A stretch of DNA of 32,000 bases from Candidatus Saccharimonadota bacterium (GTDB lineage Bacteria; Patescibacteriota; Saccharimonadia; Saccharimonadales; Saccharimonadaceae). The number at the start of each line of letters is the position of its first letter. The first letter of the stretch is position 1. Shown one piece after another: positions 15,024 to 23,810 of the stretch. The translations under genes were made by a program, and so were the position numbers. Location: contig CP064995.1 of NCBI GenBank assembly GCA_016700015.1, positions 360,001 to 392,000 on the forward strand, written 5' to 3'. Under the pieces are notes generated by a model. That model ran no database searches, had not been told where the DNA came from, and saw nothing but the letters and a program-made list of their open reading frames with translations.

Positions 15024-16265
15024 ATGCCCTATATCAACAGAGGGAAACAACATGCTCGACCGAGCTATAATGGCACACCGCGACCAGGTGGTACGCGTGG
15101 ACGCAATCGACCGAGGCCGCAGACTGGTGGCCGTGGTCAAAAACGTGGTAAAAGCAGCGTGATTCACCCCAGCAAATACATTAACAAAGCGGTTCAGCCA
15201 GCCGACGAGGTGGCGTATGACGCGCAGCATAGTTTTGCAGATTTTGCCTTTGGCCCAGAGCTCGCGGCCAACATCGCCAGTAAAGGTTACGTGACGCCAA
15301 GCCCAATTCAAGACCAAGCGATCAAGCCAATTCTAAACGGGCAAGATGTGATTGGGCTTGCCAACACCGGGACCGGCAAAACCGCCGCCTTTTTGCTGCC
15401 AATTATTGAACATCTGCGCGGGGTAGCCCTGCGCCCCAGTGTACTGGTAGTGACGCCAACTCGGGAGCTTGCCCAGCAGATTGACGCTGAATTTCGAATT
15501 TTTGCAAGAGGCATGAACCTGTACTCTACACTAGTAGTCGGTGGAATGAATATTGATCGTCAAATTCGTGACCTACGCCGTCGCCCGCACATCGTCATTG
15601 GTACGCCAGGCCGAATGATCGACTTACTTGATAGGCGTGAGCTGCACTGTCAGAATATGGGCGTGCTGGTACTGGATGAAGCTGACCGCATGCTTGATAT
15701 GGGCTTTTTGCCCAACATCCGCCGGATTGTCGCGGAAATGCCTCGCCAGCGCCAAACGCTATTTTTTAGCGCTACTATTACGCCTGAAATTCAGGCACTG
15801 ACATCTCAGTTTTTGGATAACCCCGTGACAATTAGTGTGCGTACGTCTGAAACGAGCGACCACGTCGAGCAAGATGTGGTTGAATATCGCGGTGCTGATG
15901 ATAAGTATGACCAGCTCGTGGCGCTGCTACGCAAAGACCACTACGACAAAGTACTGGTGTTTTGTGGCAAAAAGTTTGGCGCCCAGCGCCTAGCCGACAA
16001 ACTAAACAAAACAGAACTATCGGCAGCAGCAATTCATGGTAACAAATCGCAGAGTCAGCGTCAGCGAGCGCTTGATGCCTTTAAATCAGGCAAAGTTGCG
16101 GTACTGGTAGCGACCGATGTCGCGGCCCGTGGCCTTGACATTCCCAATGTTAGCCACGTCATTAACTACGACACACCCCAGGTGTACGAAGACTACATTC
16201 ACCGCATTGGCCGGACTGGTCGTGGTGGGGCCAAGGGCCACGCCCACACCTTTGTTGAAGTCTAG
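15024..16265 (+). CDS. DEAD-box ATP-dependent RNA helicase with Arg/Gly-rich N-terminal extension
   Basis: The motifs present are the Q motif (FADF...PSPIQ), ANTGTGKTAAF, PTRELA, VLDEADRMLDMGF, SAT and HRIGRTGRGG. An SD (aaggagg) lies upstream. Confidence 0.95.
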   Translation: MPYINRGKQHARPSYNGTPRPGGTRGRNRPRPQTGGRGQKRGKSSVIHPSKYINKAVQPADEVAYDAQHSFADFAFGPELAANIASKGYVTPSPIQDQAIKPILNGQDVIGLANTGTGKTAAFLLPIIEHLRGVALRPSVLVVTPTRELAQQIDAEFRIFARGMNLYSTLVVGGMNIDRQIRDLRRRPHIVIGTPGRMIDLLDRRELHCQNMGVLVLDEADRMLDMGFLPNIRRIVAEMPRQRQTLFFSATITPEIQALTSQFLDNPVTISVRTSETSDHVEQDVVEYRGADDKYDQLVALLRKDHYDKVLVFCGKKFGAQRLADKLNKTELSAAAIHGNKSQSQRQRALDAFKSGKVAVLVATDVAARGLDIPNVSHVINYDTPQVYEDYIHRIGRTGRGGAKGHAHTFVEV

Positions 16266-16338
16266 ACCATAGACTCGCTACATTACATATATTGTGCTAT
16301 AATGATAGAAATGCACCACCCACCAATCGATAGGATAA

Positions 16339-16695
16339 GTGATGGACGCTCGCTCTTTCATGATGTGGTACAACATTGCGCTGGCTACTTTCTGGCTGGT
16401 GATCGCCTTTGGCGCGATGGGCACGCGTCGCGACGCGGCCGAAGCGTTTCACGTCGCCCGGCATACGGCCGATGACGCCCAGCTCGTAGGCACGCCGGTC
16501 TATACGCGGTTGAAGTTGGCTCGGCTCACCAAGGCCACTAGCTTTGGTATCGCCGCACTCAGCGCGGCAGCTGCGGTGGCTTGGTACGTGCAGCCGCACC
16601 AGTGGTCGACGCTCGTCGTCGGTCTATTGCAGGGGACTCTTGCCACCTACTACCTGGTGCAGCTGGCGCGCTTCAGGCGCCTCAGCAAGCAGTAA
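16339..16695 (+). CDS. Small hypothetical membrane protein
   Basis: 118-aa ORF with 3 hydrophobic segments. An extended -10 (tgctataat) lies at 16295-16303. It competes with an antisense ORF at 16297-16599. Confidence 0.45.
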   Translation: MMDARSFMMWYNIALATFWLVIAFGAMGTRRDAAEAFHVARHTADDAQLVGTPVYTRLKLARLTKATSFGIAALSAAAAVAWYVQPHQWSTLVVGLLQGTLATYYLVQLARFRRLSKQ

Positions 16696-16707
16696 AAGCC
16701 CTTTTTT

Positions 16708-16729
16708 GCCCCCAGTAATCGCTGGGGGC
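16708..16729 (+). terminator. Candidate hairpin after 16339-16695
   Basis: gcccccag pairs with ctgggggc around a 6-nt loop. There is no clear T-run. Confidence 0.3.
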
Positions 16730-16888
16730 GCTTCAATAGCTAAAGTTCCAAGTCTATAGTATGAAGTGAGCGCTATAGTTGCAGCCAAAAAACTTGCTAT
16801 GAATAAAGATTAATAGAGACCTTTGCCTGTGTATGAGTAATCATAGTACTTGCCGATACCCGTTGGGCGTGTGTATAATCATAAGATA

Positions 16889-17836
16889 ATGGATATCGGT
16901 GTTTTACACCTCCCTCGTGCGAGTGGTCATGTACTGCCGGCGACTCGTCGCATAGCTGAAGAGATACATAATCTAGGGCACCGACCAGTGTTGATTAACT
17001 ATCGACGTGTTGGAATCGATATGACCGGTGACATGCTGCGCCTGCACGAGATTGACAAAGATGGCGTGATTGGCGAAGTGCTACAACCCGATGTGGTGAT
17101 ATGCCGTATTGGTCGCTACCACGAGGCAGGAGCCCAAGTCGTGCGTGCGTTTGAATTTTCGGGTACACCTGTTACCGCTCCGGCTAGTGCCATCCTAACA
17201 AGTAAAGATAAAATCGCGACCAAACTAGCACTCCATCACCATAGTCTTGCTTCTCCGCGAAGTTACGCTCTACCTGGGCGACTACCGGGTCAGATAAAAC
17301 CACTGCTCACTCGGGTTGAACCGTTGGCGAAACAGCCGCTAATTGTAAAAAAATCTCTTGGCTCGCACGGGAGGGGAGTGATGTTGGCAGATACCCGCAA
17401 ATCAGCTGCATCTGTAGTCGAGGGCATGGGTGAGGAACCGCTGCTGATCGAGGAGTTTATCGAGCCGACGCCAGGAGAATTCCATAGCGATAAGCGACTC
17501 TTTGTCGTGGGTAAACATGTGGTTGCTGCAATGAGACGTACTGCACGTAGCAGCGAGGAGGATGATGAGTTTAGGGCCAATCTTTCGCTTGGCGGAATGG
17601 GCGAGAAATACCTGCCATCAGAAGATGAGGTTGGGGGCGCCCTCCGAGCTGCCGCCTGTATCGGCCTGGCAATTGCAGGAGTCGATACGATGACATCTTC
17701 CAGGGGTGAGTTATACATCGAAGTGAATGATAACCCAGAGCTTGGTATCGAGCAGATTAGCGGTATCAATATCGCGCGCCTGATGGTGGCTCACGCGGTT
17801 TGGCTTGCAGAAAATACACACCACCCATTGTCTTAG
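16889..17836 (+). CDS. RimK-like ATP-grasp ligase
   Basis: The ATP-grasp blocks are PLIVKKSLGSHGRGVML, LLIEEFIE, DKRLFVVGKHVVAAMRR, FRANLSLGG and AGVDTM...YIEVNDNPEL. ATG 16889 is preferred over TTG 16850. Confidence 0.75.
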   Translation: MDIGVLHLPRASGHVLPATRRIAEEIHNLGHRPVLINYRRVGIDMTGDMLRLHEIDKDGVIGEVLQPDVVICRIGRYHEAGAQVVRAFEFSGTPVTAPASAILTSKDKIATKLALHHHSLASPRSYALPGRLPGQIKPLLTRVEPLAKQPLIVKKSLGSHGRGVMLADTRKSAASVVEGMGEEPLLIEEFIEPTPGEFHSDKRLFVVGKHVVAAMRRTARSSEEDDEFRANLSLGGMGEKYLPSEDEVGGALRAAACIGLAIAGVDTMTSSRGELYIEVNDNPELGIEQISGINIARLMVAHAVWLAENTHHPLS

Positions 17837-17905
17837 GGTGTACATATTGAGCAGACCAGAGTACGCCATTCCTGACTGTACTGGGGCAATGTTGAAGGAT
17901 GGGTG

Positions 17906-17934
17906 TTTACAAGGTGGTCGCTTTACCCTATAAT
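17906..17934 (+). promoter_or_regulatory. Promoter for tuf
   Basis: TTTACA (17906-17911), a 17-nt spacer, then TATAAT (17929-17934). Confidence 0.6.
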
Positions 17935-18042
17935 TAAACCCATACGCACGGGCGCGGATTATTGTGTGATGAACAGTGTTCACTACATCCATGAGCTCGC
18001 GTACCAAGCAATAACCAATCAATAATAGGAGATTTATCATCC

Positions 18043-19227
18043 ATGGCAGACTTCGACCGAAGCAAGCCCCACGTGAACGTCGGCACAATGGGCCACGTTG
18101 ACCACGGTAAAACAACTCTTACGGCAGCTATTACGAGCGTGCTGGCAAAGCGCCTTCCAAGCGCTACCAACAAACCAGTTGCCTATGACCAAATTGACAA
18201 TGCACCTGAAGAGAAGGCTCGTGGTATCACCATCGCTAGCTCTCACCAGGAATACGAGTCAGAGAAGCGTCACTACGCGCATGTTGACATGCCAGGTCAC
18301 GCCGACTATGTGAAGAACATGATCACTGGTGCCGCACAAATCGACGGCGCGATCCTTGTGGTTGCTGCCAATGACGGCCCATTACCACAGACCCGCGAGC
18401 ACGTATTGCTAGCTCACCAGGTCAATGTGCCAAAGATTGTTGTATTCCTCAACAAAATGGACCTAGCTGATCCAGAGCTTGTCGAGCTTGTTGAAATGGA
18501 CGTTCGCGAACTACTCACCAAGAACGGCTACGACGGCGACAACGCTCCGATTATCAAGGGTTCTGCTACCAAGGCCCTCGAAGGCGATTCTGCTTCCGAG
18601 GATGCAATCATGGAACTTGTCAAAGCTCTTGACGACTACATCGACGAGCCAAAGCGTGAACTCGACAAACCATTCCTCATGCCTATCGAGGACGTATTCT
18701 CGATCAAGGGCCGTGGTACAGTTGCGACTGGTCGTATTGAACAGGGTGTCATTAAGCTTAACGATGCAGTTGAAATTGTTGGTATTAAGCCAACCCAGAA
18801 CTCAGTTGTCACTGGTATCGAAGCTTTCAAAAAGAACCTCGACCAAGGCCAAGCTGGCGACAACGCTGGGTTGTTGCTCCGCGGTATTGAGCGCGAACAA
18901 ATCGAGCGCGGTCAGGTAGTGGTCAAGCCAGGTAGCCTGACACCACACACTGAATTTGACGCCGAAGTCTACATTTTGAAGAAGGAAGAAGGTGGCCGCC
19001 ACACACCATTCAGCAAGGGTTACAAGCCGCAGTTCTACTTCCGCACCACAGACGTGACGGGTGAAGTTGAACTGCCTGCTGACAAAGAAATGGTTATGCC
19101 AGGCGACACTGTTACCTTTAAGGTAAAACTGCTTGCTCCAATTGCTATGGAGCAGGGTCTCAACTTTGCTATCCGCGAAGGTGGTCGCACAGTTGGTGCT
19201 GGTGTCGTGACAAAGATCAATAAGTAG
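18043..19227 (+). CDS. tuf: Elongation factor Tu
   Basis: Full-length EF-Tu with [22 protein letters not shown] and a conserved C-terminal half. An SD (aggaga) lies upstream. Confidence 0.98.
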   Translation: MADFDRSKPHVNVGTMGHVDHGKTTLTAAITSVLAKRLPSATNKPVAYDQIDNAPEEKARGITIASSHQEYESEKRHYAHVDMPGHADYVKNMITGAAQIDGAILVVAANDGPLPQTREHVLLAHQVNVPKIVVFLNKMDLADPELVELVEMDVRELLTKNGYDGDNAPIIKGSATKALEGDSASEDAIMELVKALDDYIDEPKRELDKPFLMPIEDVFSIKGRGTVATGRIEQGVIKLNDAVEIVGIKPTQNSVVTGIEAFKKNLDQGQAGDNAGLLLRGIEREQIERGQVVVKPGSLTPHTEFDAEVYILKKEEGGRHTPFSKGYKPQFYFRTTDVTGEVELPADKEMVMPGDTVTFKVKLLAPIAMEQGLNFAIREGGRTVGAGVVTKINK

Positions 19228-19244
19228 TTCTTGTTGCTACCCAT

Positions 19245-19272
19245 AAAACACCTCGGATACCCGAGGTGTTTT
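19245..19272. terminator. Intrinsic terminator after tuf (possibly bidirectional)
   Basis: aaaacacctcgg pairs with ccgaggtgtttt around a 4-nt loop. Its A/T-rich flanks lie inside the stem arms. Confidence 0.75.
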
Positions 19273-19333
19273 GCATTTGACAACTACTATAAAGAGCAGT
19301 AGCCCCTGAGCCAATGGAGGCGAGGAAATAGAC

Positions 19334-19723
19334 TTATGGTAGGCTGACGCGCTCAGCAACCACGACAATACGCTGATGGGGATCACGGTAAGCGGGGTTG
19401 CGGTCATTATAGGGCAAGTCTTGGCTTGTATCATATTCACCCACCCAAGCCACTGCACAGGTCCAGCCTTCCTGGTAGTTCACGTAGTCGCGCAGCACTG
19501 CTTCAAGCATGCGCTGCATCTCGGTTGTCGACCAATCGCGCGAAAGTTCTTCGTACGTATAGGTTCTGCCACCGTTAGCAATGGCTTCCATCATGCCCAT
19601 ACCAATGGTGTTGAGGTGATGCGCTGCGACAGCTCGCTCGAAAGTTATTTCATCTTCAGCTTCTGCAGTCGCTTGAGTCGCACCTGCGTCTAATAAGCGT
19701 GGGAAAACATCAATTTGCTTCAT
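19334..19723 (-). CDS. Hypothetical protein (129 aa) antisense between tuf and rpsJ
   Basis: The ORF starts at ATG 19723 (MKQIDVF...) with aggggt upstream. No family recognised. Confidence 0.5.
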   Translation of the reverse strand: MKQIDVFPRLLDAGATQATAEAEDEITFERAVAAHHLNTIGMGMMEAIANGGRTYTYEELSRDWSTTEMQRMLEAVLRDYVNYQEGWTCAVAWVGEYDTSQDLPYNDRNPAYRDPHQRIVVVAERVSLP

Positions 19724-19893
19724 ACTACCCCTAAGATTATGTTGTTTATGTGTATAGGTGGTCTCGCACCCCAATAACGTATACATAACCGTAATACCAC
19801 GGCCACACTACGGCTGTCAATAGCAGCGGTTCTTAAACGTAGCTAGTTATGCTATACTAGCGACGAACTCATGAACGAAAGGTGGTGAAGATA

Positions 19894-19992
19894 ATGAACG
19901 CAGCGGAAAGCTATATCACGCTTGACTGCCGCGACGGGCAGCATAGTGCCTGTCAAGGCGGCGGATGCGCCTGCAAGTGTCACCAGAAGTGA
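19894..19992 (+). CDS. Cys/His-rich microprotein (32 aa)
   Basis: The sequence is MNAAESYITLDCRDGQHSACQGGGCACKCHQK. An SD (aaggtggtg) lies upstream, with an extended -10 (tgctatact) at 19850-19858 and a hairpin at 19999-20024 downstream. It falls below the ORF-track length cutoff. Confidence 0.4.
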   Translation: MNAAESYITLDCRDGQHSACQGGGCACKCHQK

Positions 19993-20042
19993 GTCGCACC
20001 CCTCGGCCTTTCATAGGCCGGGGGATAGTTATGGCTAGTAAC

Positions 20043-20071
20043 TTTACAGATAGACAAGAAGCGCGTATAAT
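20043..20071 (+). promoter_or_regulatory. Promoter for rpsJ
   Basis: TTTACA (20043-20048), a 17-nt spacer, then TATAAT (20066-20071). It leaves a leader of about 100 nt. Confidence 0.6.
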
Positions 20072-20175
20072 AGCGCCATATCATTAATCGCCCAGGAGAA
20101 CTCGCCGAGACGCTGAGCCACTATGGCCACGAATCCAGGAGAGGTTACTGGGCACCCAACAAAGGAGCTGCTACT

Positions 20176-20505
20176 ATGGCAGAGAGTAAAGCACAGCCAG
20201 AAGGCTTACGTATTCGTATTCGCCTAAAGGCCTACGATCACAAAGTAATCGATCAGTCAGCAAAACAAATTATAGAAACAGCCTTGCGCACCGGTGCTAG
20301 CATCGCCGGCCCCGTGCCATTGCCAACACGCCGTAGCACCTACACGGTTGTGAAAAGCCCGCACGTGTACAAAATGGGTGGTGAAGCGTTTGAAATGCGC
20401 GTTCACAAGCGTCTTATTGACATTACCAATGCGACGCCAAAAACGATCGACAGCTTACAGAATCTCAGCCTGCCTAGTGGCGTAGACGCTGAAATCCGCA
20501 TGTAA
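20176..20505 (+). CDS. rpsJ: 30S ribosomal protein S10
   Basis: Conserved uS10 sequence ([17 protein letters not shown]...HKRLIDI). An SD (aaaggag) lies upstream. Confidence 0.97.
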   Translation: MAESKAQPEGLRIRIRLKAYDHKVIDQSAKQIIETALRTGASIAGPVPLPTRRSTYTVVKSPHVYKMGGEAFEMRVHKRLIDITNATPKTIDSLQNLSLPSGVDAEIRM

Positions 20506-20523
20506 CTACGCACCGTTGCAATA

Positions 20524-20555
20524 AAATACACCCGACCAGGGTGTATTTTATTTTA
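20524..20555. terminator. Intrinsic terminator immediately after rpsJ
   Basis: aaatacaccc pairs with gggtgtattt around a 5-nt loop, followed by tattttatttt. An A-run on the other side could also serve the convergent minus-strand gene. Confidence 0.75.
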
Positions 20556-20570
20556 GCTAACTGTTAGGTA

Positions 20571-20870
20571 CTATCGCTTAGCGCTCAGCGTCATTTCACT
20601 GACAGCGGCGTTTGATGCGTCGATTTGGTCGTAAATTCGCTGCACTTTATCGTTGATGGAAACTACCCATAAGCCAAGTGCAAGCACAAGCACTGCCAGG
20701 ATCGTCCAGTACAGTGTTTGGTGGGTAATGCGAAACGTGAAAAAAGGCTCCGTAGCGCGCGCGGGAGCAAATGATCGCATTGGAGCTGCTTTTGACTTTG
20801 ACGAAGTAGATGCAGGCTTGTGAGCTACCTTTGCTGCCGATTTCTTAACCGTTTTCTTTTTTGTAACCAT
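20571..20870 (-). CDS. Hypothetical single-pass membrane protein with Lys-rich N-terminus
   Basis: 99-aa ORF with an SD (agagga). There is one hydrophobic segment, LYWTILAVLVLALGLWVV. Confidence 0.55.
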   Translation of the reverse strand: MVTKKKTVKKSAAKVAHKPASTSSKSKAAPMRSFAPARATEPFFTFRITHQTLYWTILAVLVLALGLWVVSINDKVQRIYDQIDASNAAVSEMTLSAKR

Positions 20871-20946
20871 ATAATTCCTCTTTTACTAGTGCTTATTATG
20901 CCCGTGCTAAGCTAAAAATACAACACGCTTATGCTATAATTCTACC

Positions 20947-21270
20947 ATGACTTCTCCGCGTAGCAAACAACGTACCTATGCCCGTAATCGCTTAGTAAGC
21001 CGTCGTGGCTACCTGAAATCTACCGAAAGCGACGGCCAATACCTTTTGAAGCTAGTGCTGGTGGTGCTACTGGGCACGTTTTGGCTAAAATTCGGGCAGC
21101 CCATGACATTTGGTACTATCCCACTCGCCGGCATACCTGTCGGAATGCTATTTGGACTATTGGTGGTGCGAAAATTTGAAAAGTATCAGGCCGACCGCAA
21201 AATTTGGTACCTCGTGCTCATCATAGTCACGATCATATGCTACTTCATGCCGGCGGGAGTGGTAATTTAA
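20947..21270 (+). CDS. Hypothetical small membrane protein (3 hydrophobic segments)
   Basis: 107-aa ORF. An extended -10 (tgctataat, 20932-20940) lies only 6 nt before the ATG, which suggests a leaderless transcript. Confidence 0.55.
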   Translation: MTSPRSKQRTYARNRLVSRRGYLKSTESDGQYLLKLVLVVLLGTFWLKFGQPMTFGTIPLAGIPVGMLFGLLVVRKFEKYQADRKIWYLVLIIVTIICYFMPAGVVI

Positions 21271-21272
21271 AA

Positions 21273-21312
21273 CCCGCCACCCTAAGGCCCGATAAATCGG
21301 GAGGGTGACGGG
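21273..21312. terminator. Compound hairpin between convergent genes
   Basis: cccgccaccct pairs with agggtgacggg (1 mismatch), enclosing cccga/tcggg. On the minus strand it is followed by ttttaaatt. Confidence 0.55.
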
Positions 21313-21323
21313 AAAGCGAGCGA

Positions 21324-21692
21324 TTAGTCGCCGTTGTGTTTGGTGATGTCTACAATTGGACGGGTTGTCGGCTGCCAGCGCTTTGGTTCCGTCTTGTCAG
21401 GGGCCAGACTGATCCAGGCACCCTTGGCGGCGTCGAACACGCCTACCACTCGCGTGACCAGCTGACCGCCACGCACCTTCATATCGAGGGCAATATGACG
21501 AGCTTGCTCGCCAACCATCTGCGTCGCCTCCTCGAAGTGAAACCGTAGTTCACGGTCACCCATGGTGACGACAAGCGATTTCACACCGTTTTGGTCTTCG
21601 TCGATCCGAGTGTGTGCTTCGATAGTCGGCAGCACGCGCTGCGACACCCAGTCCATCACCCCACCGACCCAGTTGGAAAGCATGTGCGCCAT
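21324..21692 (-). CDS. Hypothetical protein (122 aa)
   Basis: The start at ATG 21692 forms a TAATG overlap with the upstream gene's stop. The longer 131-aa ORF would overlap by 28 nt. No family recognised. Confidence 0.5.
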   Translation of the reverse strand: MAHMLSNWVGGVMDWVSQRVLPTIEAHTRIDEDQNGVKSLVVTMGDRELRFHFEEATQMVGEQARHIALDMKVRGGQLVTRVVGVFDAAKGAWISLAPDKTEPKRWQPTTRPIVDITKHNGD

Positions 21693-22039
21693 TAGTTCAG
21701 CACCAGCCAGTGTCCGCATATGTTGAGCGATTGGATTTGCAGTGTACCCGACTTATATCCAGCTTGGGGCCGGAGTGCACGCACACTAACTGTAGCGTTA
21801 CGCCAACGTCGTGGCCGTGCTAGGTCCTTCAGCGTCGATGCAGCACCGACAGAGTAACTCGTCGCATTAGCACGTATGATGCGATCAGGCCTGGTTGGGT
21901 CTTTGATCTCAACATAGATACAGCCACTCCTGGCATCCGGTGCAAGGTGTGGCTGGTGCTCAAACGGCGGCACATAGCGCATAAATCGCGCCTTGGTACT
22001 GACTGTGACGAAACCATGCTCAAGCAGATTGTTCAACAT
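21692..22039 (-). CDS. Hypothetical protein (115 aa)
   Basis: A strong SD (aaggag) lies upstream of ATG 22039. No family recognised. Confidence 0.5.
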   Translation of the reverse strand: MLNNLLEHGFVTVSTKARFMRYVPPFEHQPHLAPDARSGCIYVEIKDPTRPDRIIRANATSYSVGAASTLKDLARPRRWRNATVSVRALRPQAGYKSGTLQIQSLNICGHWLVLN

Positions 22040-22399
22040 AACTGCTCCTTATTCTGGAAATGAACGAGTCGGAAGACTTGCTGCAAGTACTCTACTAGTG
22101 ATTTACTACCCACGTCAACCATAGGTAGTATAAGCGTATAACTTGGCAATTGAAATTAGCCTGCTACACGCTCTACGGTCAGTACTCAAGAACATGTAGT
22201 GAGCGGCAAAGTGATCTTCTGTAGTATACTCGCCGCTGCAAATTACTGGTAACCTTGACTAACAGTGGCAGTGTGTGCTACGATAACTTGGTAACTTATT
22301 ACGTAATAACAACTCGTTCTCGGTGAATTGGCAAGTCTTATACGAGGGATACTGCCAGCCACTGGGGATTTTAAATGGGAAAATGGGAGCAAAAGGGCT

Positions 22400-23014
22400 A
22401 TGAAAGCACTTCTCGGTACCAAAATTGGTATGACCCAGATCATCGGCGAAGATGGTGTTACTATTCCTGTAACACTTATTCAAGCCGGCCCTTGTACTGT
22501 GACTCAGGTGAAGTCTGTCGAAACCGACGGCTACAACGCAGTGCAAGTGGCATATGGTCAGGGTAAGAACCTGAGCAAGGCCGTGGCTGGTCATGTAAAA
22601 CCAGCCGGTGTAACACCCGAAGAAATTCGGGAATTTCGTGTTGACGACCTAGGTGAAATCAAGGTCGGAGACGCATGGGATATTAGCGAGTTCGCACTCG
22701 GCGATAGCGTCGATGCAACCGGTATCAGCAAAGGTAAAGGCTGGGCCGGCACCATCAAGCGTCACAACTTCAAACGACACCGCAAAACACACGGTGGTAA
22801 AGGTAACACGCGCAAGGTTGGTAGCATCGGTAGCATGTACCCACAAAAAATCTTTAAAGCTAAACGAATGGCAGGCCAAATGGGCGGCGACCAAGTAACG
22901 GTGAAAAACCTACAGGTTGCCTACATCTCTGTCGCCGACAACCTAGTCGGTGTCAAAGGTGCTGTGCCAGGCCCCAAAAAGGGCTTAATCGTACTAAACG
23001 GAGGTACTAAGTAA
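22400..23014 (+). CDS. rplC: 50S ribosomal protein L3
   Basis: It starts MKALLGTKIGMTQ, the canonical uL3 N-terminus, with gggag upstream. The 24-codon upstream extension from TTG 22328 is rejected. Confidence 0.95.
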   Translation: MKALLGTKIGMTQIIGEDGVTIPVTLIQAGPCTVTQVKSVETDGYNAVQVAYGQGKNLSKAVAGHVKPAGVTPEEIREFRVDDLGEIKVGDAWDISEFALGDSVDATGISKGKGWAGTIKRHNFKRHRKTHGGKGNTRKVGSIGSMYPQKIFKAKRMAGQMGGDQVTVKNLQVAYISVADNLVGVKGAVPGPKKGLIVLNGGTK

Positions 23015-23634
23015 TGGCTACTGCAGAACAAAAGCCAGCAAAAGTCACCTTGCCAAAAAGCGTCTTTGCAGTTGACGTGCCCAGTCACGAGCTGTTAAAG
23101 CTCGCGTACGACGCATTCCTCGCAAACAGTCGCAAGGCAAGTGCTACTACCAAGACTCGCGGTGAAGTGAGTGGTGGTGGTAAAAAACCATGGAAGCAAA
23201 AGGGCACTGGCCGCGCACGCTTCGGCAGCAGCCGCAACCCAATTTGGCGCCATGGTGGTGTCGTGTTTGGGCCAAGCGGCAACGAAAACTACAAACTCAA
23301 GCTATCGAAAACAAGCAAGCTCGTGGCGGTGCGTCAAGCACTAACTCTTGCCAATCAGGCCAAGAAGATCACTGTCACCGATGTGAAGACTACCGGCAAA
23401 ACTGCCGAAGTAGCCGCCTTTATCGCTGCACAGAAGTTCGACGCAGATGCCAAGGTGCTTCTTGTTGTCGACGAAAAGACTCCAGCCCTGATGCGCGCGA
23501 CGAACAACCTGCAAAATGTGCTGTTAGTCCGCGCAACCTACCTGAGTGTTTATTACGTACTCAATGCCGATCAAATTGTCATGACCCCAGCTGCCGTAAA
23601 AGCCGTCGAAGCATGGTTGGGAGGTAACAAATAA
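23014..23634 (+). CDS. rplD: 50S ribosomal protein L4
   Basis: Conserved uL4 (GGGKKPWKQKGTGRARFGSSRNPIWRHGGVVFGP). TAATG coupling to rplC. Confidence 0.95.
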   Translation: MATAEQKPAKVTLPKSVFAVDVPSHELLKLAYDAFLANSRKASATTKTRGEVSGGGKKPWKQKGTGRARFGSSRNPIWRHGGVVFGPSGNENYKLKLSKTSKLVAVRQALTLANQAKKITVTDVKTTGKTAEVAAFIAAQKFDADAKVLLVVDEKTPALMRATNNLQNVLLVRATYLSVYYVLNADQIVMTPAAVKAVEAWLGGNK

Positions 23635-23810
23635 TGTTTGACCGATTAAAAACCACAGATTTTCAGCGCATACTTAAGGGTAGGCGCGATAATCAACTAG
23701 AACAGGCCGCTCAGGCTGCAGAAGCTGATGCAACACTCCTTCCCGAAGTAGCAGCCATGCTTGCTGCTGCATTGCGTAATGACAAAACTCCATCTGGAGG
23801 TAACAACTAA
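23634..23810 (+). CDS. Inserted 58-aa ORF between rplD and rplW
   Basis: The sequence is MFDRLKTTDFQRILKGRRDNQLEQAAQAAEADATLLPEVAAMLAAALRNDKTPSGGNN. There are TAATG overlaps at both ends, and the ggaggtaacaa[a/c]taatg junction is duplicated on both sides. It falls below the ORF-track cutoff. Confidence 0.45.
   Translation: MFDRLKTTDFQRILKGRRDNQLEQAAQAAEADATLLPEVAAMLAAALRNDKTPSGGNN

Noticed and set aside
22255-22284. Promoter for rplC (TTGACT-18-TACGAT)
   Set aside because: The spacing and -10 are sub-optimal and other weak candidates exist nearby. It is mentioned in a finding but not supportable as a feature.
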